Of a stretch of 64,000 bases of DNA, positions 52,290 through 64,000 are shown piece after piece. Each line of letters begins with the position of its first letter. Position 1 is the first letter of the stretch. Position numbers and translations under genes: made by a program. Below the pieces are notes generated by a model. It ran no database searches, had not been told where the DNA came from, and saw only the letters and a list, made by a program, of their open reading frames with translations. Source of the stretch: Mesotaenium endlicherianum (Eukaryota); NCBI GenBank assembly GCA_009602735.1, contig WELA01003469.1:376162-440161 (forward strand). The letters are read 5' to 3'.

Positions 52290-55200
52290 ACAGCAACAGT
52301 CAGTAATCCAGTCTACAGACTGTGAGGATGCTAGAGATAGTGAGTCGTCACTAGCTGCCCTCGTAGCACGTATTATGGGTCCTGCTGAACTGGATTCACT
52401 ATGCATGCCTGACAACCAGATAAAGGAGACCATCAGCAATATAGACGTCCAGAGAGTGCACACTCTGGATGCTCTTGTTCCACCTGATGTCCAACATTTC
52501 TTTGCTACGTCAGGAGAACAATGCGAAAGTCACGAAAAGACAGTCCCCCCTATCCTACTGCATTGCATGATTGCAGGTAGGAAGATGAGGGCATTTGTTG
52601 ACGGAGGGGCGTCACATACTTTTATCCAGAAGGACTTAGTTAAGCGGCTAAGGCTGCCTACTGTCATCCAAGGGAATAGAAAAATATTCCAGTTAGGTTC
52701 TGGCATTGCAGTTCTAACTGAAACGCTTACATTTGAGGTACTCAACACTCGCTCTTATGATCTCGTGCTAGGCAGGTCCTGGCTTAATAGACACCGAGCT
52801 GAATTGTGTTGGAGCAGAGGTACAGTCAAAGTGAGAGGAGCCAGTGATGGGTAGACTAACTTGGCACCCACCAGTGCTCTTCCTCTTGTCCTGTGTGGAT
52901 GGCAAATGAAGGAAAAGAAGAGGCTTCCAGAAGGATGCAAGTTGCTGAATGCAATGGAGTTCGTCAAAAGCTGGAACCAGAAGGAAGACAGAATGTTCTG
53001 TCTGCTGCTAAGAGAGGTACCTCCTCAACCTGAAGAAGTGGTGGAGAAAAAGGTAAGCCCCTCGAAGCACCCTACTGCTGCAAAAATTGTTGCTTAGTAC
53101 ACGGATGTATTTAATAAGCCTCCAGGACTACCCCCTAAGAGAGAAGTAGATCATAGGATTGATTTACTACCTGGGGGTCAACCACCCTGGCAACACACTT
53201 ATGGCTTGTCTTATGTGGAGAGCGAGGAGTTGAAAACACAGATTGCAGAGCTTGAGGAAAATGGTTATATTTCTCCCAGTAAATCACCTTACGGCGCACC
53301 CATCCTATTTGTTAGGAAAAAGGATGGCAATATGCGGATGTGTATGGTTTACAGAGCTCTCAACAGAATTACAGTAAAGAACAAGTATGCTTTACCCAGA
53401 ATCAAGAACTTGCGTGATACCCTGTCTGGTGCTAAGGTGTTTAGTAAGATTGATCTCAAGAGTGATTATCATCAAATCAGAATTGCTGAGGGGGATGAAC
53501 ACAAGCCTGCCTTCCGCACACGTTATGGACACTATGAGTTCAACGTGATGCCATTTGGACTGACTAATGCTCCTACGACCTTCATGGGTGCTATGAATGA
53601 CATTTTCAGACCTTATTTGGATAAGTTTGTGCAAGTTTTCTTGGATGATATTTTAATTTTCTCTAAAGTTGAAACTCGGCACGCTGAACACTTAAAGACA
53701 GTCATGGACACTCTGAGAAAAAATCACTTATATGCTAAAATGAGCAAGTGTGATTTCTTTAAAGAAAGTATTGAATTCTTAGGCCACGTTGTCAGTAAAG
53801 AAGGCATCAATGTGGACCCTAATAACGTGGAAATAAGGTCCCTTTTATTGAGTCAAGCACATGACATTTTACTGGGTGGGCATTTGGGGCAGGCCAAAAC
53901 TGTTGGCAAACTGGCAAAACATTATCATTGGGAGGGATTATCTCGGGAGGTCTAGAAATACGCTAAGTCCTTTGACCAGTGTCTTAAGAATAAGTCTAGG
54001 CACACACCACCAGGGGGTCTCTTACAACCGCTGCCCATCCCAGCTGGCCGCTGGGAAACAATATCCATGGACTGGGTGGTCACACTGCCACGAAATGCCA
54101 ATGGGCATGATTCGATACTGGTAGTCATGGATAAACTGATAAAAATGGTCATTTTCATCCCCACAACTGTCAAAGTAACTGAACTCGAAACAGCAAGACA
54201 GTTCTACAACCATGTAATATGCCAACATGGGCTACCCTCTAATATAATCTCAGACAGAGACTCAAAATTTACCTCTAAGTTCTGGAGGGCTTTAATGGGG
54301 TTAATGGGAGTCAAACAGCTGCTCAGCACAGCAAACCACCCTCAGACTGATGGGCAGACTGAAAGAACTAACCGAGTTTTGCAAGAGGTACTGAGAGCCT
54401 ATATTAACCAATAACAAGATAATTGGGATGACCTGTTACCCCAAATCCAATTTGTGGTCAACAGTTCGATACACGCGTCAACGGGCAAGATTCCTTTTGA
54501 ACTAAGCCTGAGTAGAGTCCCTAAGTCTCCTTCAGATGTCCTAGGGGAGTCTTTAACTCACCCTGAAGGGATTGAGAATCCGGTCTCCCTCCAGTTAACT
54601 CATGAGTTTGCTGACACCCTGTCAGACGTCCAGCATAACCTGCACAAAGCCCAAGAAAACCAACAAAAGTACGCTAATCAGCACCGTCAAAAACCGACCT
54701 TTTTTAAAGGCGATTTGGTCAAACTGCATTCTCAGCACCTGTACCTCCCTGGTGTGGTCAAGAAAAAGCTTGGCCCTGTCTGGGTCGGTCCATATTCGGT
54801 GGTGCGTCGTGTCGGTAAGAATGCTTACAAACTGAACATGTCAGCTGAATACAAGGGTCATCCGGTCTTTAATGTCTCCTTCCTGGAACCATACATCAAA
54901 GGTGATACACTGTTCACAGGTCGGTTACCTGTCCAACCGAGACCGGTCCCCGCTGTCAGGGACGGCGACTCTGACGAATATGAGGTTGATGAGATTTTAG
55001 ACGCGCGCTCGGTCCGTCGATCGTCTAAATATGTCATGAAGTACCTCATTCGATGGAAGGGTTACGATGCCTCTGGAGACACTTGGGAATTTAAAGACCA
55101 TTTGATTAATGCCAAAGGGGCGTTGAAACGGTTCCACCTTCGGGCAGCTGGAGCCCCTCCCTTTCAGTCATTTCAGTTGACACGGGAAGGTGACAGGAGG

Positions 55201-55335
55201 TCCTGTCTCCATTTAAGTTGGAGGGGAAAATATATGACAGTTAGTGTGCGAGAGCGAGAAAGGGACAGTTATGTGAACCCTAAGTGTCAGCATAGTGACA
55301 GAGGGGACAGCCTAACCCACATAAAGCACCTTTAG
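52290..55335 (+). pseudogene. pol: C2 pol: PR, RT, RNase H deleted, IN, chromodomain; has internal stops
   Basis: [24 protein letters not shown] / SDRDSKF / QTERTN, GPY, YEVDEILD...YLIRWKGY...DTWE. The reading jumps from INVDPN to NVEIRSLLL at about 53821. Confidence 0.9.
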
Positions 55336-57071
55336 CTGAAACAAAAAGGGCCTCGCACAGTCATACATCACTTAACACACCTGAAAACACATTCATACGT
55401 TTATGTCTAGCGCATTGCAACTACGTCAACTCCTAGCAATCACCCTGTAAGGTAAACAGGAACGAATACACCATACTAATACGAACTTACTCCCTTCCTG
55501 CAACTTCTAGGACAAAGGTCGATATCCTACTAACTTGTGCCCTGGTTACATGTGCAAAATGGCTCCCACCACACAAAAGGAGGACAGAAAGCGCAAGGCA
55601 GAAGAAGCCAGGAGAACAATGGAGCAATACCAGAAGGAGTTGGCGGCGACGTCCCTCACCCGGAGAGAACAAGAAAGGGTCCGCAAACAACAAGAGGCGG
55701 CAGAAGAAGCACAGAGGAAGAAGGATCAGGAAGCGAAAAATCTCAAAAAAGCTGAGGAGGAGAGACAGAAGAAACAACAAGAAGAAGCGGTAGCGGCAGA
55801 GAAGGAGAGAAGGAAGAAGGCTGAAGCGGACAGGCAGTCGAGCTTGGCCACTTACAGGTATACTATGGTGGGTGGCCAAAACTTTGATAATCTGAAGGAA
55901 GCATTGCTGGCAGCCCAGGAGATCAACAAGCTGGAATAGACAACACTGCTACAGAGGGAAGGGACTGCAGCACTGGATAGGTACATTGAGACACACACTG
56001 GTGTGGTCCTCTACGAGGATTATGCCAAGATGGTGGGCTATACAGCAGTGCAGGCCTGGTACCTTGCCGATGATTCAGAGAACAAGCCAGTCCCAATACC
56101 GGGAATAGTGGGAGATCAGAGACTCATCAGGATGGTGAGCATGCGGTCCGATAGCTTTAAGGATACGGTACTCTACCTCACACTATTGCCAGCTTACAAT
56201 GAAGTTGAGAGAAGGAGCTTGGAGTACTTGGCCAGGGAAGCGGGACAGCAGATGTTCTCTCCCCACTGGTTCCCATGTAAACTGAGAAAAGCTGAGCATG
56301 GACCCCGGTACTACCAGCAGCCAACAGACTGGAGGTGGATGACGGTCACAAACAAAAAGCAGGATTGTGACCGAGCCCAACCAGACGATTTCCACTATGG
56401 CCTAGACGGCTACCTCATCCTACCACCTCACATTGCCCCTTGGGACCCCAGGCTGAATGGCTGCCTGAGCAATATGAATGCAGAGACCAAAGAGCACAGG
56501 AGGAGGGGGCGAGACTACTTCTCTAAGGGAAAGTGTAGTGAAACAGATAGATAAAGTACTTAGTAAAACAGAATACTTTATCTATTCAAGACAAGGATCT
56601 TTGAACACAAGTGGTAGCTTCTTGAAAGAAAGATGGCTTCTTGAAAGTTAATATATTTCTGGATGTTGGCAAGTACAAGAGTGATTCTCCCCTCCCTTTC
56701 TATGTTCTAGCTCTTGTTCACATACTTGCTACATAAGTAATTTCTAGGAAGGTGTATGTTGATGTGTTGGCACCCAACACATCCCAAAACTTGCCACCTC
56801 TTTCTAGAATAATGTACACATGTCCTTTTGACCTAAAAATGGCACATCTGACTTTTGCCACATGGAGTTCTTCTAGGTCTTTCCTCTAACTTCGAAAATG
56901 CCTTGGAAGGTTCAAAGGACATGAACCAAGTTACTAGAGTACCTATTCACACTTGACTCCACACAATACTACTTCAAATATATTTGAAAACATTAAAATA
57001 TATCCAACTATTGTCTAATAACTCAAATCACTACATCACCCCCCCCATAGAAAAAGCGACGTCTCGGCGCG

Positions 57072-57195
57072 TCAAGTCAGGTCGTACACATGTGGAGCAA
57101 ACTAGTCAACAGTTTCAAGTCAGATGCCACACATGTGAAGAGGACTAGTCAAAGGCGCCAAGTCAGGTGCTACACATGTAAGGTAGACTAGGCAA
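57072..57195. repeat. About three degenerate ~43-bp tandem units in the B1 3' UTR
   Basis: The pattern caagtcag[ga]t...acacatgt...actag[tg]caa occurs three times. Confidence 0.7.
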
Positions 57196-57804
57196 TGTCG
57201 TAGGTGGTGTGACCTTATTGGCTAGCCTACTCCTTAATGATAAAGAAAATTGTACAAGTTGGCCCAGAATCTGCCACGAACTCAAAAATTCATAGCGGCC
57301 ACAGAAGTGCTCCAAATCTGAAAATTTGAGTGCCAAACAGACCGCGTTGGAGAACTCTACCGGGTCACCAAATTTGAGAGCATTCTCATTTCTGGAGTGT
57401 TGTTGAGAGCTGAGAGAGTAGGCACTCCTCCAAATCTGTGCAGAAACTTCTGAAAATCATAAGTCCTTCTATACTTCTCCAAATTCTGCAAACTAAGTCT
57501 CAAACTGGGCGCTGTAAGATGTTCTACCAGAGTCTTGAGTTTCAGAGCATTCCAAGTTCAGGGGAGGGCACAATGTCAGAAGGCATATTCTGCCCTAACA
57601 ATGCCAGCAGCCTGACCCCCTTCTACTTAGAGCATCATATCTCTCTCACCAGTGCTCCAAATTGAGCAAACTTGGACTCTAAATGACCGGCTACTCATGG
57701 ACTACAGCCAGGTAAATTTTCAGAATTTATTATGCAGAGACCTATTACCAGTAGCAGTTTTAGTTTTCTGTCCAGAAACTGCGAGAAGAGAAGAGTGTCT
57801 AATG

Positions 57805-60800
57805 TCAATTTTTCCTCTTTCTTGTTCTTGCAGGCTGCCTCCAAGGGGTCTTCTGCTGCTTCTTGATGGTGGCAGGCTGCCTCCCTGAAGTCTCCGGGCT
57901 TCTAGTAGAGAGACTTGGGGCTGGTCCAAGATGGGGGTTGGCAATATGGAAGCGCTTCAACTTCCGTTGAACTTTGTCAAGGTAGTGCGCCGCCACCCAA
58001 CTATTCTCCGAATCTGGATATCCTTTCCACTTGATCAAGTATTGCTGCTGTCTCCTGAAATTTCTCATAGCCATTATGTCTTCCACTTCGTACTCCAAAT
58101 GATCATCCACTATTGTTGGGGCTGGTGGGGTTGTCACACGTCCTGGGAACTTGTTGTCGGGTTGCACATATGGCTTGAAGAGGGAAGCGTGGAATACGGG
58201 GTCGATGTGCATAGTCTGGGGAAGTTCTAGCTTGAAAGCAACGGGGTTGACTTGCTGGATAATCTTGAAGGGTCCCAAATACTTGGGAGAGAACTTGCTG
58301 CCGGCAGGCCTGTTGTTCAGGGAAATGTTCTTGGATGATAGTAACACGTTGTCACCCACTCTGTACGTAATTTCTCTTCTGGATCTGTTCGCCACTCTTG
58401 CTTGAGCATCTTGCGCGTGTTGTAGAGCTTTCTTCGCTGCTGTAAGGGCTGCTTCTAATGTCTCCATAAAATCTGTGGCTGCAGGTACTTCATCATGGCC
58501 AGCCGTGAAGCTCAGTGGCGTGGTCGGATGGAAGCCATAGTTGAGGAAGAATGGGGACTCTTGGGTAGAGGCCTGCGTAGTGTTGTTGTAGGCAAACTCG
58601 AGGGGGGTCAAGTACATGTCCCAGTCTTGCTCGAGGGTAGACACGTAGGCCTTTAGAGAGGTCTTTAGGGTACGATTCATACGCTCGGTTTGCCCATCTG
58701 ATTGTGGGTGGTAGGCAGTAGACATATCCAGCGATGTACCCAAGTTCTTGAAGAGATTTTTCCAGAAATGGCTTGTGAATCTTGGATCTCTATCTGACAC
58801 AATTCTTGATGGTAGTCCATGGAGTCGGAAGATGTTGTCAAAGATGAGTCTTGCAAGTTGTGGTGCTGTAGCCTTAGTCGTCGTGGGAATAAAATGAGCC
58901 ATCTTGGTAAGTCTGTCCACCGCCGTGAGTATTGCATTATGGCCTCGAGGTGTCACGGGCAAGTCCACGATAAGGTCCATTGAGATGTCCGTCCATTGTC
59001 TTTCGGGGATTGGTAGTGGTTGGAGGAGTCCTCCCGCCTTTTGCGATGATGGCTTGATTCTTTGGCATGTGTCACAGCTCCTGCAGTACTCCTTGACTTG
59101 CTTAGACATGCCTGGCCAACAATAAGTCCTAGCTAGAACGCCCGTGGTCCTTAGGATTCCAAAGTGTCCTCCAAGAGGGTTGTCGTGTGCTTCTCGTAGA
59201 AGCAAGAGCCGGAGGTCTAAGTCATTAGGAACACATCTCTGGCCCGTATCTTGCCTCACCCAATAATTGCCTTCTTGCTTCTTGCATGGGTCCAAGGCTG
59301 CTTCTCCGTTCTTGTAGTAAGGGTCTCTTTCATAGGCGGCTGAAAATCGAGCTTCCAGATCTGTCTTCAGGGATACCATCACTGCATTTAATTGCAGTCT
59401 TGAGAGGGGGTCAGCCGGGTTTGTCTTGCCGGGCTGGTACTGAATCGTGATGTTGTATTGTTGCAAGTATCCGCTCCATCTTGCTTGTCTCCTTGAGAGA
59501 TACGGCTGCGTTTGGAGGTGCTTTAACGCCTCGTGGTCCGTGGTGACCAGTACTTTGCGTCCTTCAACGTAGCAGCGCCAAACCTTCAAGGCATGTACAA
59601 TCGCCAATGCCTCTCGCTCCGTGGTTGTATAATTTTGCTCGGCTGGATTTAGCTTCCTTGACTCGTAGGCGATGGGCTGCAGTCCCTTGCCTTGGTCTTG
59701 AAGCAGGATTGCTCCTATTGCATAGGAAGATGCATCGGTGATGACGTGGAAGGGCCAATCTGGGTTTGGACTTGGGAGTGTGAGCACCGGGGATGTGGTC
59801 AATCTTCGCTTTAACTCTTGAAATGCCTCTTCCTCTTTCTCGGTCCATGTATATAGCCTGTCCTTCTTGAGTAGATCTGTCAGGGGGGCTGCTATGTGCG
59901 AGAAGCCTTGGATGAATTTTCTGTACCAATTGGCAAATCCCAAGAATGACTGGAGTTCTTTCTTGGTCGTGGGGGTTGGCCATTCCTCCACCACCGTGGT
60001 CTTCTTGGGGTCCATCTTGATGCCATCAGCAGTCACGTGGAGACCTAGGAACTCCACTTCTTGTTTGGCAAACTCGCACTTTGACTCCTTCGCAAATAGC
60101 TTGTTTTGCTTCAATACTTCAAGGACTTCTTTCAAGTGTCTCGCATGCTCTTCAAGGGTCTTGCTGTAGATAAGGATGTCATCGATGAATACCACCACAA
60201 ATCTGTCCAACATGGGCTGAAATATGGTGTTCATCATAGTCATGAAAGTTGCTGGCGCGTTGGTGAGTCCAAATGGCAGGACCATGAACTCAAAATGTCC
60301 ATATCTTGTCCTGAATGCCGTCTTCTCTATGTCCGGTTCTGCGATGCGAATCTGGTGGTAGCCGCTCCGTAAGTCAATCTTCGTGAAGTACTTGGCTCCA
60401 ACCAGCCGGTCCATGAGCTCATCCATGCGCGGCAGCGGGTATCGATTCTTGATGGTGATCTTGTTGAGGGCGCGATAGTCCACACACATCCTCAAGGTAC
60501 CATCTTTCTTCTTGACAAATAGCACCGGGGCTCCAAATGGCGACTTGCTAGGTCGAATGAAGCCATGCTCCAGTAGCTCCTTGATTTGCTTCTTGACTTC
60601 GTCTAGCTCCGTGTATGACATTTTGAACGTAGGCCGAGAGATGGGCTTGCTTCCGGGCTCCAACTCTATCTTGTGGTCTACGAATCTTTTGGGGGGTAGG
60701 CCCTTGGGCAATTCCGGGGAGAACACTTCTTTGTAGTCCTCTAAGACTTCTTGTATCTCCTTGGGAACGGGGCTGCCTTCTTGACTCTCGATGTCTTTCT

Positions 60801-61413
60801 TGATGTCTTTTGGCGTGATCAAGGCCAAAAGAAGCTCGTGTCCCTTCCTCACAAGTCTCTTGAGTTGGAGGGCGGACAATAGTATCTCGTGTGCCGGCTT
60901 CTGGATGTCTTGGGTCTGGATATTCTGGATTGCGCGCAAAATACAGATTCTTGAAGTGATGTCATTCTTGATCTTGATAGTACCGGTCCTCCAATCAACT
61001 TGGGGGTTGTGCTTGGTCAACCAAGGCGTCCCTAGGATGACGTCGTACTTGCCCAATTGCATGGGGGAGAACACTACTCTATCCTTGAAGGACTTGATAG
61101 AGAGTGCCAAGGGGTACGTCTTCTTGGAAGGGGTAGTATAGGAGAATCCATCGGGCATCATAATCTCCTCGTCGTGGTCAAGAGTTCGCATAGTAATACC
61201 GTGCTTGGTGGCAAAATCTGCAGCAATGAAGTTGCCTTGAGCTCCGCTATCCACCAAGATGTGGACCTTCTCTCCTCCAAGGTAACCTCTCAAACTCATT
61301 GGGGCTGGAACGTCGTCTTCAACGGGGGTCTCCACCTCACTTGGCGTGTTGCCTTCTCGTGAAGTGGGTCTTGGGGTGGTAGGCTCCTGGCCTACCGGCG
61401 CTGTCCGTTTTTT
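57805..61413 (-). CDS. pol: B1 pol (PR-RT-RNaseH-IN-chromodomain), in the -1 frame relative to gag
   Basis: [28 protein letters not shown] / SDRDPRF / ERMN, GPF, YEVEDIM...[15 protein letters not shown]. Confidence 0.95.
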   Translation of the reverse strand, partial: KKRTAPVGQEPTTPRPTSREGNTPSEVETPVEDDVPAPMSLRGYLGGEKVHILVDSGAQGNFIAADFATKHGITMRTLDHDEEIMMPDGFSYTTPSKKTYPLALSIKSFKDRVVFSPMQLGKYDVILGTPWLTKHNPQVDWRTGTIKIKNDITSRICILRAIQNIQTQDIQKPAHEILLSALQLKRLVRKGHELLLALITPKDIKKDIESQEGSPVPKEIQEVLEDYKEVFSPELPKGLPPKRFVDHKIELEPGSKPISRPTFKMSYTELDEVKKQIKELLEHGFIRPSKSPFGAPVLFVKKKDGTLRMCVDYRALNKITIKNRYPLPRMDELMDRLVGAKYFTKIDLRSGYHQIRIAEPDIEKTAFRTRYGHFEFMVLPFGLTNAPATFMTMMNTIFQPMLDRFVVVFIDDILIYSKTLEEHARHLKEVLEVLKQNKLFAKESKCEFAKQEVEFLGLHVTADGIKMDPKKTTVVEEWPTPTTKKELQSFLGFANWYRKFIQGFSHIAAPLTDLLKKDRLYTWTEKEEEAFQELKRRLTTSPVLTLPSPNPDWPFHVITDASSYAIGAILLQDQGKGLQPIAYESRKLNPAEQNYTTTEREALAIVHALKVWRCYVEGRKVLVTTDHEALKHLQTQPYLSRRQARWSGYLQQYNITIQYQPGKTNPADPLSRLQLNAVMVSLKTDLEARFSAAYERDPYYKNGEAALDPCKKQEGNYWVRQDTGQRCVPNDLDLRLLLLREAHDNPLGGHFGILRTTGVLARTYCWPGMSKQVKEYCRSCDTCQRIKPSSQKAGGLLQPLPIPERQWTDISMDLIVDLPVTPRGHNAILTAVDRLTKMAHFIPTTTKATAPQLARLIFDNIFRLHGLPSRIVSDRDPRFTSHFWKNLFKNLGTSLDMSTAYHPQSDGQTERMNRTLKTSLKAYVSTLEQDWDMYLTPLEFAYNNTTQASTQESPFFLNYGFHPTTPLSFTAGHDEVPAATDFMETLEAALTAAKKALQHAQDAQARVANRSRREITYRVGDNVLLSSKNISLNNRPAGSKFSPKYLGPFKIIQQVNPVAFKLELPQTMHIDPVFHASLFKPYVQPDNKFPGRVTTPPAPTIVDDHLEYEVEDIMAMRNFRRQQQYLIKWKGYPDSENSWVAAHYLDKVQRKLKRFHIANPHLGPAPSLSTRSPETSGRQPATIKKQQKTPWRQPARTRKRKN

Positions 61414-62672
61414 GACAACTTTTTGGGGCATGAAAGTGCACGATGGCCCTTTTCCTTGCAATAAAAGCATAGTCCAGCCGTCATGAGAGCTTCTTTTTCA
61501 GCCGGGGAGAGTCTTGCTTTCACTCCTTGCTGGTTTCTTGCATCATAAGTGTCATTGGAGGGTCTTCCACTCTTCCGGGCAGCCGCGGGGTCCCTTTTAA
61601 TAACTCCGATTTCCATGGGTGTGGGTCCAGATTCGGATGTGGAAGGGGCTGCGTACACCCGCGTCGTCGGTACCCGTGAAGATGAAGGCACGGAGTGCTT
61701 GAAATCCAAGGTATCCACCTTTTGGGCCACTTCAATGATCTTTGAGAAGTCCGTCAAGTCGCGTAACTCCACTTCCTTTGCCACCTTGGGTTTGAGGCCA
61801 AAGATGTAGCGGTCAATCTTCTCCTCGAGAGACATGTTGGGGATCTCAAGAGTGAGGGCGTGAAATCTGGATGTATACTCTTGAACGGACGTCGTTTGCT
61901 TGAGATGGTGGAGCTTTCCTCGGGCAATCTTCTCCGCATTGATGGGCATGAATTGCTTCTTGAGGGCCTCACGAAAATCTGCCCATCTTGCATATGATGG
62001 TGGGGGCTCTTGGCCGAGCATGGGGTGCGCCATAGCTTGATATATAGCCGCTTGATAGTTACGCCACCATGATGTTGCTGCTCCTCTAAGTAAGGTAACG
62101 GCAAAGGGAACGTAGTCCTCCTCGGGTACTTCAAGGAATGCGAGGTACGTCTCCACTTGGTAGAGCCATAAATTCAGGTTGGCACCTTTCCCGGGGTTGA
62201 AAGTGTCGGGTTTGCCGGGCTTGATGAGTTTCCTTGCTCTCGTTGGCTCTTGTGGAGGCGCTTGAGCCGGGGCTGGATTTTGAGCATTGCTCGCAATAGG
62301 GGCAACCATGGCAGCCATAGCTTCTCTTGACGCTTGCACGGTTGCTTCATAGGTGGCCAAGCCCACTTGGTTGTGGACGGTCATTAGGAAGGCTGCCCAC
62401 TCATTTGCGGGAACTCCTTGTGGTGGGGTCAACTTTGCTATAGCGGCTGCCACGGGATTTGACGGTGCTCCTCCTTGTGGTGCTTCTTGTTGTTGGAGAT
62501 TTCCTTGAGTAGGCTCTCCCATCGACGCTGGAGGAGGGTGTGCTCCTCCTTGTGGTGCTTCTTGTTGTTGCAGATTTTCTTGAGTGGGCTCTCCCATCGG
62601 CGCTGGAGGAGGGTGTCTTGGAGAGGAAGGGCTTCCTTCGAAAGCTTGCTGTTGGTCTTGAGGATCGGCCAT
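61392..62672 (-). CDS. gag: B1 gag, 426 aa
   Basis: [44 protein letters not shown]. Confidence 0.95.
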   Translation of the reverse strand: MADPQDQQQAFEGSPSSPRHPPPAPMGEPTQENLQQQEAPQGGAHPPPASMGEPTQGNLQQQEAPQGGAPSNPVAAAIAKLTPPQGVPANEWAAFLMTVHNQVGLATYEATVQASREAMAAMVAPIASNAQNPAPAQAPPQEPTRARKLIKPGKPDTFNPGKGANLNLWLYQVETYLAFLEVPEEDYVPFAVTLLRGAATSWWRNYQAAIYQAMAHPMLGQEPPPSYARWADFREALKKQFMPINAEKIARGKLHHLKQTTSVQEYTSRFHALTLEIPNMSLEEKIDRYIFGLKPKVAKEVELRDLTDFSKIIEVAQKVDTLDFKHSVPSSSRVPTTRVYAAPSTSESGPTPMEIGVIKRDPAAARKSGRPSNDTYDARNQQGVKARLSPAEKEALMTAGLCFYCKEKGHRALSCPKKLSKNGQRR

Positions 62673-64000
62673 CTTCTTGTGCTACCAAAGTGCCTAGCTC
62701 CGATACCACTGTAGTGAAACAGATAGATAAAGTACTTAGTAAAACAGAATACTTTATCTATTCAAGACAAGGATCTTTGAACACAAGTGGTAGCTTCTTG
62801 AAAGAGAGATGGCTTCTTGAAAGTTAATATATTTCTGGATTTTGGCAAGTACAAGAGTGATTCTGGAATGTCTTTCTATGTTCTAGCTCTTGTTTATATA
62901 CTTGCTACATAAGTAATTTCTAGGAAGGTGTATGTTGATGTGTTGGCACCCAACACATCCCAAAACTTGCCACCTCTTTCTAGAATAATGTACACATGTC
63001 CTTTTGACCTAAAAATGGCACATCTGACTTTTGCCACATGGAGTTCTTCTAGGTCTTTCCTCTAACTTCGAAAATGCCTTGGAAGGTTCAAAGGACATGA
63101 ACCAAGTTACTAGAGTACCTATTCACACTTGACTCCACACCATACTACTTCAAATATATTTGAAAACATTAAAATATATGCAAACTAATGTATAATAACT
63201 CAAATCACTACAGAAAACATGCCTTCGTCAAATGGGCGAAGAATGCAGGCCGGATAGATATCAGCAGGCTGAAAGCCAAGCAACCTCCAGCGCGCCCTAA
63301 GAAAGGGAGATCAGTAGACTACTCCATGTCTACCAGAGAGCAAAACGACTTAGTTGACGAGACTCCTACTCTTTCAGAGGAGGAGGATGAGGGGGATGAG
63401 GAAGAAGAACAAGGTAGAGGCGAAGCATCAGGAGCTGGTACTCAGGAGACCCAGGGGCAAGCAGGGGCACTTCCTAAGGAACCAAGATCAGGTATATGGA
63501 ACGTGATCCCCGTCATGGAGGCAACTGGACCCCGCACTCGCTCCCCCATTCCACCTGCCCATGCAAGGGGAAGAAGCTAATCTGATTGTACTGGGCAGCA
63601 GACACAGGCAGAAATCCCCAGAGGACAGGGGTTTCAGAAGAGGGATACGCGGGGTGGCCAGAGGTATGCCGGCCTTCCCCTTTGCTCATGGACATGTACC
63701 TCTTGCCAATGTATTTCAGCATCCTATTGGAATGCCTGTCTATGTGGGGATCAACATCCAAGTGGGTGAAGAGCAGGCTACCATCCTTCGTTCTCCTCGA
63801 GGTCCAACTTTAGAACAAACGGGGTTCTTTAGAAGGCCAGCGGACAGACCTAGACGGCTGTCTAGATCTAGGTCCAGATCTCCGTCTCCAGATCCTGAAG
63901 CCCCAGGAACAACCCCCTAAGGTGACAGGCTGAAAAGGCAGTCAGTGGGGGAGGCTGGTCAGGTTCAGGTCCCTTATTTAAGACTTTTGCAGTTTAATGT

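Larger units (their letters stand above)
56534..63212 (-). mobile_element. Intact family B Ty3/gypsy chromovirus (B1), 6679 bp
   Basis: LTRs at 56534-57035 and 62710-63212 (TGTAGTG...CACTACA). TSD GAAAG/GAAAA. PBS TGGTATCGGAGC at 62708-62697. G-rich PPT next to 57036. ORFs are intact. Confidence 0.96.
55559..63920 (+). pseudogene. Extra ORF (ORF3) of unknown function downstream of the C2 pol, split by B1 (55559-56533 + 63218-63920)
   Basis: ORFs 55535-55939 and 56003-56554 share one frame and are separated by a single TAG. The frame resumes after B1 is removed. Confidence 0.65.
43577..64000 (+). mobile_element. Degenerate family C chromovirus (C2) hosting A2, an inverted LTR fragment and B1; the 3' LTR is not reached in this window
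   Basis: 5' LTR 43577-44297, PBS TGGTATCGGAGC 44299-44310. gag pieces at 44332-44867, 51240-51882 and 52111-52306. pol about 52290-55335. Extra ORF from 55559. Confidence 0.88.

Noticed and set aside
55559..56533. ORF3 as an env gene
   Set aside because: It has no signal peptide, fusion peptide or transmembrane segment and is highly charged.
57072..57195. Spaced repeats as a CRISPR-like array
   Set aside because: These are degenerate tandem units in a eukaryotic retrotransposon UTR, with no unique spacers and no cas genes.

Overview
Eukaryotic nuclear DNA from a green-plant lineage; the intron patterns and protein sequences suggest a streptophyte alga or early-diverging land plant (inference). 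There are two complete spliced host genes, both on the minus strand. One is an RD21-type papain-like cysteine protease with a granulin domain (5 exons, 473 aa). The other is the 20S proteasome alpha-2 subunit (11 exons, 235 aa). The 3' end of a low-complexity ORF sits at the left edge. Most of the rest is two deep nests of Ty3/gypsy LTR retrotransposons (about 8.2-29.7 kb and 41.5-64 kb). They comprise three chromodomain-bearing families I label A, B and C, a non-autonomous A derivative (F) and older relics (D, E). Two copies are structurally intact (A1 21981-28123, B1 56534-63212). Main leads: (1) family C carries a long third ORF of unknown function downstream of pol, which can be rebuilt in frame across a nested B insertion; (2) A, B and C each have a -1 slippery site followed by a hairpin that contains the gag stop; (3) several odd LTR-terminus products are bounded by target-site duplications (TSDs). 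All alignments were done by eye.
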